DNA from: Promethearchaeota archaeon
Lineage (GTDB): Archaea > Asgardarchaeota > Lokiarchaeia > Sigyniarchaeales > SOKP01
NCBI GenBank assembly: GCA_019057865.1
Contig: JAHLWP010000010.1
Location: 18,163 to 82,162, forward strand
Length of the DNA: 64,000 bases
Direction of reading: 5' to 3'
The position numbers were made by a program, and so were the translations under genes. Of this stretch, positions 57,186-64,000 are shown piece by piece; within the stretch, counting starts at the first letter, position 1; every line of letters begins with the position of its first letter. The notes under the pieces are model-generated. The model had not been told where the DNA came from, made no database searches, and was given only the letters and a program-made list of their open reading frames with translations.

Positions 57186-57419
57186 TTAAGATCTGCAAAA
57201 TAATGTTAAACTGGACGGATTCGAAAGTGAATAAAATATGATTAGAGAAAGAAAATTGACTATTTTCCTTATAATTATACTTTTACGTGCATAAGTTAAA
57301 TTTTTCTCTTGATAGCCAAGGTCTAAGGCAACTAGAGTTGAAACTAAATCTACCAGATTTAAGATTAAAAATATTCCAAATAAGATGTAATTAATAATTT
57401 TTAGTCTCATGCATATCAA
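57186..57419 (-). CDS. small membrane protein (possibly DUF5658-like)
   Basis: Two or three hydrophobic helices. 'LNLVDLVSTLVALDLGYQE' resembles the DUF5658 'D..lT..al..G..E' pattern. The call is weak. Confidence 0.3.
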   Translation of the reverse strand: MICMRLKIINYILFGIFLILNLVDLVSTLVALDLGYQEKNLTYARKSIIIRKIVNFLSLIIFYSLSNPSSLTLFCRS

Positions 57420-57738
57420 TTAAATAAATCTTTTTAAAAATATTAAAATATATAAGATTTCTGATTCTTTTTTAGTCATGATAAGGATTTAGAGTCTGTC
57501 AATTTGTAGCAAGCAAATAATTCTTCAACATTATTATTCAATTATATTCAATAGAAAACCTGAAGAAGTATAAAAGTAGTAAACGAGCAGATAAAACTTA
57601 TTAATAGAAAAAGTGCAAGTATACCTTTTATACCCTCATTTGTACTATATCTCAGAAAAACTAAACAGAGAAGTAATGTGGTACCATAAAAAAAAGAAGT
57701 TATTACACAAAAAGGATTTAACCAAGAATAACATTCAC

Positions 57739-59259
57739 TTAAAGCACTAAATGATACATCAGATATCGTTCAAATAAAAAAGTAAGTAAATAATATGGAC
57801 CTAAGCAAAACAGATACCATGCTCCTAGCACAATACAAAGAGTTAAAATGTACAAAATTATTGTCTTGATTAATTTCACTATTGAAGGAAGGACTTGTCT
57901 TAATTTAAAGGTAAATGAGAAAGCAAATTTTCGAACTTTTCGCTTGAAAGAAATTTTCTTTTGTGGCATAAGAGACTGAAGAGATACAGATTCTGGAGAA
58001 AATCCATCAGGATTTGTTAAATATATTATACCACTCTTAGTTATTATAATGTATTTAAAGGCTCTGCCATTATTATCTCTAAAAGAAGTGGATAAAAAAC
58101 ATCTGTTAATGAGTTCCGAAATTTTTTGTTTTATTTGCTTGTTATATTGTTTCTTATGATACTGTTTAGCTCTTTTAGATAGCTGATTAATCTCTCCTAA
58201 AAATTTTTTTGCTTGTGGAATAGAATCATATATAAAATCAGATCTTATTGCTTTTTCTGGCTGATTGTAAATAGCTCTTAATATATCAGTATTTTCTATT
58301 GTCGGTAATGGGATTATCTTTTGAGGTTTATAAGGTCTCTTTTTGTGAGAAGGGCGTGACTTTTTATAATATATACGTTTTGAAGGTCTTTTATACGATA
58401 CAAAATTCGGATAATAAGTTCCCTTATAGGCAGCATTTGTATCTTCTAAATTAACTACTTTACCTTGCTTTTTATTCTCAGATCTAAGCTGAGTGAAAGT
58501 CGAGTTAATAAAAAACATTTTTGAGACCTGATCTTCATGATGACATAATGTATGATGTTCATTGTTATTATTGAATCCTGAAATGAGATTTTCCTTTGTA
58601 AAATATAATCTCAAAATATTATTATATGAAGCACAAAAAATCAATACTTGTAAAAATTTAATCTCACCTTCAAGATAACGTCCATGATTTTTATTCTCAT
58701 CAATATAATTGAATATCATAAAATTTAAACCATCATATATAAAATCTCCTTCTTTTGGCAATTCAAAGGGCATTTTCTCTTCAAATTTTTTAATCATTTC
58801 ATGATACAATGAAAAGGTAGGTTCTCGGTCAAAAAAATAATGTGTATGAAAATATTCAATAAATTTTCGAATATTTAAGAGATATTCTTTAGGTATTTCA
58901 ATTAATTTGTCCCAGAATCCATCTTCTAATGCCTCATACCACACTTTTCTACCTTTAGTAGTAAATGTAAAAATAGGATACTCAATTTCATGTTGTCTGT
59001 GCCTTCTTCCTTTATCAGGTGGCTTTAATAAATCAATAGTTCTATTTCCTAATTGGATACGAGATAGATTAAAACAAGTCTGGAAGATAACGTGTTTTCT
59101 TTTATACTCTTTAAAAAGTAATCCTATGTTTTTTTTTTTAAAATCTAAAAACCCTTTCCAGCAAAAAAAGTAGAGATCAGGAGCGAAATTAAATGTAATG
59201 AGTTTTAATATTTCCTTGTTTCGTAAATTATCTAATTTATAAATTCTATCATCTATCAT
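57739..59259 (-). CDS. hypothetical 506-aa protein: globular N-terminal half, K/R/P-rich linker, C-terminal TM anchor
   Basis: No family recognised. It has the basic linker 'YKRPSKRIYYKKSRPSHKKRPYKPQK' and a C-terminal TM 'IILYILTLCIVLGAWYLFCLGPYYLLTFLF'. It starts 29 nt after the upstream gene. Confidence 0.55.
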   Translation of the reverse strand: MIDDRIYKLDNLRNKEILKLITFNFAPDLYFFCWKGFLDFKKKNIGLLFKEYKRKHVIFQTCFNLSRIQLGNRTIDLLKPPDKGRRHRQHEIEYPIFTFTTKGRKVWYEALEDGFWDKLIEIPKEYLLNIRKFIEYFHTHYFFDREPTFSLYHEMIKKFEEKMPFELPKEGDFIYDGLNFMIFNYIDENKNHGRYLEGEIKFLQVLIFCASYNNILRLYFTKENLISGFNNNNEHHTLCHHEDQVSKMFFINSTFTQLRSENKKQGKVVNLEDTNAAYKGTYYPNFVSYKRPSKRIYYKKSRPSHKKRPYKPQKIIPLPTIENTDILRAIYNQPEKAIRSDFIYDSIPQAKKFLGEINQLSKRAKQYHKKQYNKQIKQKISELINRCFLSTSFRDNNGRAFKYIIITKSGIIYLTNPDGFSPESVSLQSLMPQKKISFKRKVRKFAFSFTFKLRQVLPSIVKLIKTIILYILTLCIVLGAWYLFCLGPYYLLTFLFERYLMYHLVL

Positions 59260-59288
59260 TCTTATTTTTACTATTCAATATTAATTAT

Positions 59289-60329
59289 TTAGTCTAAATT
59301 TATTTTAATTTGAGAACTATCTTTGTAATAATAATAAATCTCAGAGAGATCTTCACACACAGTAATGAGTGAAATGTTTCTATACCGAAACTCATCACAG
59401 ATCAAATCCTCAAACATCCTTTCAAGCTGGATATTAAAAAGATATTCTTTATCTCCATAGACTCCTTCTAACTGTTCCTTGGTAAGAAAATAATTCTCCT
59501 CTTCAATCCTTCTAAAATAGTCTCTGTTCATGATAAAATTTTTCCTATAGTCTTCATGAGGAGGTTTTTTTAATATCTTATCAGCGTCCTCTAAAACAAT
59601 AATGCCACGAAGGACATCTGAATTCCTAATGGGTATAAGATTTTTAATGGTTTGAAGTAGAAAAGTCACTAAAACTTTCTGGTAAAAAAGATCACATCCA
59701 GATAAATCAATACATATTGCCTTACCCTCACTCCATAATTTTAACCATTCGGGTACTTCCAGCAGAATCTCTAATGTTCTTTCTAAAACAGGATCATTTT
59801 CGAATAAATGAATTGCTTTTTCAATGCTTCTTATATTACTCTCTGTAAAATTATCTGAATATGGATGCTCGATTAGATTGGTCTTTAAATCCTCCAGTAA
59901 ATCTACTAAGGAGCTAGGAAATTCTCCCGTCTTATAATGGTGTAGTAAACATCCCATAACAATTGTCATCTCAGGATGAAATCCAAAAATAGCGTTAATA
60001 TATTCTTCAAATTGCTCTCTATTACGTGCATCAAATTGCTCTTTGATGAAATAGGGAATTACTAAATCAGAATCTCCATACTTATACACTTTGTCAAGAT
60101 GATACAGATACAAATCCTCATTCGATTTTAGCTTGATAAATAAAACTCCAATATCAGGTAATCTTACGTATAACTGGTTTAAAATGTAAGATAGTGTCGC
60201 ATTCCTCTCTGCTCGGTTCTTTCCTGTAATTAAGAGGTTGTACATAAAATATCTAAGAGGAATGTTTGAAATCTCGCCTCCATTTTCATAATCCCATACC
60301 ATCATACCAAGATCTATTTTTATTGACAT
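59289..60329 (-). CDS. HerA/FtsK-superfamily (DUF87-like) protein with degenerate Walker A
   Basis: 'NLLITGKNRAERNATLSYILNQL' sits where HerA-like ATPases have hhhhG-x-T-G-S-G-K-S-x-T. 'ICIDLSG' and 'RGIIVLEDADKIL' resemble the DUF87 'vidLs' and Walker-B (hhhhDEAH) segments. This is a pattern-level inference. Confidence 0.45.
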   Translation of the reverse strand: MSIKIDLGMMVWDYENGGEISNIPLRYFMYNLLITGKNRAERNATLSYILNQLYVRLPDIGVLFIKLKSNEDLYLYHLDKVYKYGDSDLVIPYFIKEQFDARNREQFEEYINAIFGFHPEMTIVMGCLLHHYKTGEFPSSLVDLLEDLKTNLIEHPYSDNFTESNIRSIEKAIHLFENDPVLERTLEILLEVPEWLKLWSEGKAICIDLSGCDLFYQKVLVTFLLQTIKNLIPIRNSDVLRGIIVLEDADKILKKPPHEDYRKNFIMNRDYFRRIEEENYFLTKEQLEGVYGDKEYLFNIQLERMFEDLICDEFRYRNISLITVCEDLSEIYYYYKDSSQIKINLD

Positions 60330-60452
60330 GATTTTCGACCTTATATACTAAACTTTCGTGTCTTTAATTACTGTATTATTATTTATATTTAAAGAAAAAT
60401 TAAATTCGGAATATTAAATTGAAAAATTAAAACTTCTATCATTCTTGATGGT

Positions 60453-60743
60453 TCACTTCCTTAAAAAATCATTAATCTCATCATATATCTTGACTAATTC
60501 GTTAAAGAACTCTTCATAAAAATAATCATCCTCTCTTACATTCTCTTGTAAAAATTTGAAGGTCTTTTCTATGGTTGTTTTCAACACTTCTACTTTAATA
60601 CTGTTTACTTTATTCATTTCTAACAAAATATCGCACATTCGATTAATGACATCTCGATAACTAGGAAATTCAATACCAAATTTCAGCTTGACTTGGTCTA
60701 TTTTATCCAATAGTTCCTCATTAACTGGGATTGCCGTTCTCAA
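60453..60743 (-). CDS. ribbon-helix-helix-like small protein (the track ORF starts at 60779; probable TTG start at 60743)
   Basis: From the TTG the protein starts 'MRTAIPVNEELLDKIDQVKLKFG', an RHH-like strand-helix. AGAGGAG (60752..60758, minus sense) lies 8 nt upstream of the TTG and directly after the upstream stop. Confidence 0.45.
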   Translation of the reverse strand: MRTAIPVNEELLDKIDQVKLKFGIEFPSYRDVINRMCDILLEMNKVNSIKVEVLKTTIEKTFKFLQENVREDDYFYEEFFNELVKIYDEINDFLRK

Positions 60744-60759
60744 TTTCTTAACTCCTCTT

Positions 60760-61056
60760 TTAATTGGGCAAGAATTCATTCTTTAAATTCCTGAGAGCAA
60801 TTTGCTTATCTTTCTCAGATAATTGGTCAAATTCTTCTCCAATTTTACTGTATTCATAAGGTGGGAGAGCTGTAAAGTACGAAATAACAAGTAATATACC
60901 ATTTTTAACAATTTCTCTGTCTTCTTTTGTGTCCAGAATCTTCATTAGCTTTAGTAATATCTGACTCACTGAAATTATAATCGACTTGCGATTCAAACTC
61001 CTACTCTCAATATATTCAATGATTTTCATATAGCAATTTACATCAAAATGATCCAT
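60760..61056 (-). CDS. hypothetical small alpha-helical protein
   Basis: The 98-aa first gene of the minus-strand operon. No motif recognised. Confidence 0.45.
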   Translation of the reverse strand: MDHFDVNCYMKIIEYIESRSLNRKSIIISVSQILLKLMKILDTKEDREIVKNGILLVISYFTALPPYEYSKIGEEFDQLSEKDKQIALRNLKNEFLPN

Positions 61057-61222
61057 TATTATCTTTCTTCACCTACTATTGAAAACACCAAGATTTTTGC
61101 ATATTTTTAAATGTTAAAAATCTGGGATCGTTTCATTCTCATTATGATTCTGTTCATTATTATAGATTTATTATAAATATTTAAATGTTATGATTTCATT
61201 ATAAATATAGAACGATTTTGAT

Positions 61223-61420
61223 GTGATACTAAAAGTGAACGGACACCCAACTAAATACTTGTTTTATGAATCCAATAAAAAAAGCATCGTTACTGTACCA
61301 CGAGCGATAATTGATGCTGCTAATCTAAATTGGAATCATCAAGACCAAATAAATATAATCGTAAAAACTATAGATGAACAACCAGGCTTATTTCTATTTA
61401 AAAAGAAAAATAATAAATAA
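61223..61420 (+). CDS. AbrB/SpoVT/MazE-like swapped-hairpin DNA-binding protein
   Basis: 65 aa with a GTG start. 'SIVTVPRAIIDAANLNWNHQDQINIIV' matches the 'vtIPk.ir..lgl..gd.v.i' AbrB-type pattern. Confidence 0.5.
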   Translation: MILKVNGHPTKYLFYESNKKSIVTVPRAIIDAANLNWNHQDQINIIVKTIDEQPGLFLFKKKNNK

Positions 61421-61450
61421 TAATATTGCCTAAATTTATGATGATGTTAT

Positions 61451-62869
61451 TTGAAGGAAATGGATGAGCTTGTTCAATTTATAAAGGCTGATATAGACTT
61501 AATAAATAAAGGAATACAAAAAGATAATCCATTGCTTTTGGATAATATTGAAAAAAATAAACATTTGTTATTTATAGAAAAAGATTTTATGATAGATTTA
61601 CTCAATAAATATTGCTTTCAATCTTTACCACTGAACTATAATTATTATAAAGGCTACGTTCCTAAGGATCGGTTGGAATTATTTGAGAGTCTTTTTACTT
61701 CAGGAATAAAGAAATCCGAAATCTATAATGTTAGTTATGTAAATGGAGGTACATTTATATATTCAATGGAACAGCTTTATATTAGATTGTTCTTAACAAT
61801 CTACATTGAATCTCTAATCACATCTTTAGAAATAAAGGTTATAATTAAAAAATTATTGGATAACTGGAAATTTTTTTTGGAAGAACAAAAACTACCAGTT
61901 GAAATTTTAACATTTTTGCCTGAAGTTTTTATTGAAAAAGAAGCTGTAAAATTACCCAATAACTTTGAGATCAAAACTATTTCAAGTTTTCTACATTTTG
62001 AAAAAACAGGATCTGAATTAAGTAAAGGATTTGAAGTTTTTGGACCAATGGGCTCTTTTCTTATTTTTAAAACAGAAATTTCATGTAATCATAATTTTAT
62101 AAAAGATCATCAGAAACTTAGCAATATTGATCAAAAAATACTTATTGAAGAATGGAAAAAAAAAATGAAATCTCTTAAAGAATTAACATTTAGTCTACTT
62201 CTAGGAGGTATTAATTTTACTAATGAATCTACAGTACTATCATTGCCTTGGTGGTTTGGAGATCAAGAACTAAAATTTAAGAGAAAAAATATAAGTATAG
62301 GGGCTATAACAATTACAGATAAATATTTAAAACTCGTAAATGAAATCTATGAAATGGTATTAAAATTGGATATTATAAATGATAAGGAACTTGAGTTAGC
62401 ACTTTTCAAATATGGTTACCTTCTTAAAAAAAAATTTTTATATGATATGATTCTAGATGAATTTATAATCCTCGAATCTATTTTTTCAAAAGGAGGGACT
62501 TCAGAAGTCTCATACCGTCTCTCATCTAATTTAGCCTTTTTTCTTGCCGAAGACATTGAATATTTTAAGGAAATTTATAATTGTATAAAGGATCTCTATA
62601 GCATTAGAAATAAAATTGCACACGGAGAGGATTGGACAAAAGGATTATCAAAAGAAAAATATAGAAAGCATTTAGGAATTGATGATCCTAATGCTAAAGC
62701 TGAAACAATAGCTAAAGGGATATATTCTAAATTGAGATATTTTATTGATGAAGTGCTGAAAAAAATAATAGAAATGAAGTATGAAAGGATTGAGGCTAGT
62801 AAAGACCCAAACATAATGAAGGATTTTAAAGGTACCTATTTTATAGAAAATAGTAATATGTATAAATAA
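61451..62869 (+). CDS. HEPN-domain protein (Rx4H motif; possibly Apea-like) with large uncharacterised N-terminal region
   Basis: C-terminal 'EFIILESIFSKGGTSEVSYRLSSNLAFFLAEDIEYFKEIYNCIKDLYSIRNKIAHGE' has a conserved Glu helix and an R-N-K-I-A-H (Rx4H) motif. TTG start at 61451, or ATG at 61460. Confidence 0.6.
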   Translation: MKEMDELVQFIKADIDLINKGIQKDNPLLLDNIEKNKHLLFIEKDFMIDLLNKYCFQSLPLNYNYYKGYVPKDRLELFESLFTSGIKKSEIYNVSYVNGGTFIYSMEQLYIRLFLTIYIESLITSLEIKVIIKKLLDNWKFFLEEQKLPVEILTFLPEVFIEKEAVKLPNNFEIKTISSFLHFEKTGSELSKGFEVFGPMGSFLIFKTEISCNHNFIKDHQKLSNIDQKILIEEWKKKMKSLKELTFSLLLGGINFTNESTVLSLPWWFGDQELKFKRKNISIGAITITDKYLKLVNEIYEMVLKLDIINDKELELALFKYGYLLKKKFLYDMILDEFIILESIFSKGGTSEVSYRLSSNLAFFLAEDIEYFKEIYNCIKDLYSIRNKIAHGEDWTKGLSKEKYRKHLGIDDPNAKAETIAKGIYSKLRYFIDEVLKKIIEMKYERIEASKDPNIMKDFKGTYFIENSNMYK

Positions 62870-63115
62870 CAGAAATAAAGATAATGTAAATGAATCCAGA
62901 AGCATTTAATTGCTAGGAAAGGTAAGAAATGGTCTTAATTAATGATGAAGTAATGAAAAATCCCAAAAAACAGTTTGAAAAATATATGAAAACCTATGAG
63001 ACCGTTAAAAATTAATTTAAGGCTGTTGTTTCACCAAATTTAATTCATCACCAAAATTTATAAAAACTTTAATCAATTTTTAAAATATTCAAAACCAAGA
63101 GACTTAAGGATATAA

Positions 63116-64000
63116 ATGTCTGAACAAAAAATAATTCAAGGAAAATTTTGCAAAACTAAAACAATTGGAGAAGGTAAATCGGGTAAAATTTTTGAAGTAT
63201 TAGTCCTAAGAGACATTATATACGCAAATAAAGGGGATAAATTAGCTATAAAAGAATATAAAGCTTGGGTCTTAGAAGAGCCATTCCAAACAATTAGAAT
63301 TGCAAGAGAATGGACCACTGGTTCGAAAATAATATCTAATCATTTAGTAAAGACATATGAAATAATCGAAGAACAAGGAAATACCTATTTAGTGATGGAA
63401 TTATTGGACGGTATTTCCTTATCCAAATATTTAGAAAATAATCCAATACTGAGTTTCCCAGAACTTATTGATATTTGTTCAGGAATTTTAGAAGGTTTAC
63501 ACCAACTTCATAAAAATAATTTAATTCACAGGGATATTAAACCAGCCAATATAATGATAACAAGTAGAGGACCAGTTATTACGGATTTTGGTGTAATTAA
63601 AGATCTGAATGAATCAAATACAATTACAGGGAGCAATCAATTTTTAGGTACAATAAAATACGCAGCTCCAGAATTATTATTTGGTAAGAGTAAAGATGAT
63701 AAATCAATAAATATCTATAGTTTTGGAATGATATTATATGAATTAATTTTTAAGAAACCGTATTTTGATAAAAGCATGTATTGGAGCGAAATTATAATCC
63801 TAAAAAAAAACCCTATTACATTTCCCTTATTTTTAAATTCAGAAATATGGCGGCGTTTTGGATTTCGAGAATCACTTTTTCTATCATCAATTTTACAAGG
63901 CAGTTTAACAAAACCAGACTTACGTTTAACTAGCGAACAATTATATACAGCATTCAGTAATAATATTTGGAAAAATTATTTTTTACATTATGTGAATTCG
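63116..64000 (+). CDS. Hanks-type Ser/Thr protein kinase (3' end beyond the window)
   Basis: My own translation shows 'GEGKSGKIFEV' (Gly loop), 'LAIKEY' (VAIK Lys), 'HRDIKPANIM' (catalytic loop), 'TDFG' and 'YAAPE'. The frame stays open for 295 codons to the window edge. It is absent from the ORF track because no stop is reached. Confidence 0.85.
   Translation, partial: MSEQKIIQGKFCKTKTIGEGKSGKIFEVLVLRDIIYANKGDKLAIKEYKAWVLEEPFQTIRIAREWTTGSKIISNHLVKTYEIIEEQGNTYLVMELLDGISLSKYLENNPILSFPELIDICSGILEGLHQLHKNNLIHRDIKPANIMITSRGPVITDFGVIKDLNESNTITGSNQFLGTIKYAAPELLFGKSKDDKSINIYSFGMILYELIFKKPYFDKSMYWSEIIILKKNPITFPLFLNSEIWRRFGFRESLFLSSILQGSLTKPDLRLTSEQLYTAFSNNIWKNYFLHYVNS

Noticed and set aside
61439-61489. 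C/D-box sRNA-like elements: ATGATGA at 61439, TGGATGA, and CTGA at ~61486.
   Set aside because: Box spacing does not fit the canonical 12-nt guide geometry. I see no terminal stem, and the segment overlaps the start of the HEPN-protein coding region.
62929-63015. A 28-codon ORF (MVLINDEVMKNPKKQFEKYMKTYETVKN) between the HEPN gene and the kinase.
   Set aside because: It is too short, has no motif and lacks a convincing ribosome-binding site. It is indistinguishable from chance in AT-rich DNA.
1-64000. A search for tRNA, rRNA or other structured RNA genes as G+C-rich islands within intergenic regions.
   Set aside because: No intergenic stretch shows the G+C-rich, stem-forming character of archaeal tRNA or rRNA genes. 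I cannot exclude small ncRNAs without covariance-model searches (tRNAscan-SE, Infernal).

Overview
The window is an AT-rich archaeal chromosomal segment. My spot counts on single 60-nt lines give roughly 25-32 % G+C for most coding sequence. The gene content points to an Asgard (Lokiarchaeia-like) archaeon: a Rag/Gtr-type small GTPase fused to a roadblock-like domain, H4MPT C1-pathway genes (mtd, ftr), Alba, an archaeal/eukaryal-type GlyRS and a beta-CASP RNase. This taxonomic call is an inference.

Layout:
- 0-26 kb: housekeeping and salvage genes, two very large sequon-rich surface proteins, TPR/GNAT paralogs, an AmmeMemoRadiSam-type radical SAM enzyme and a GlpD-type G3P dehydrogenase.
- 26-35 kb and 44-55.5 kb: a split acyl-CoA metabolism supercluster. 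It holds an acyl-CoA dehydrogenase, four SCPx-type thiolase-fold genes, four DUF35 genes, a BKACE enzyme, SCP2, an NMO/FabK-like reductase, two crotonases and two acyl-CoA synthetases.
- 36.9-43.8 kb: a visibly G+C-richer block interrupting the supercluster. It carries a polar amino-acid ABC transporter operon, a decayed second copy of part of that operon, an aminotransferase and several gene fragments.
- 57.7-64 kb: an accessory, defence-island-like block. It contains a four-gene operon of unknowns including a HerA-like protein with a degenerate P-loop, a divergent AbrB-like + HEPN (Rx4H) pair, and a Ser/Thr kinase running off the window.

Most notable observations:
- Every thiolase-fold paralog lacks both catalytic cysteines, yet each is translationally coupled to a DUF35 partner.
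- The 57.7-62.9 kb block of uncharacterised genes looks like a defence or mobile module.
- Pseudogenes and partial duplications are unusually dense.

I recognised no rRNA, tRNA or CRISPR array. All family assignments come from motif-level reading of the supplied translations, not from database searches.
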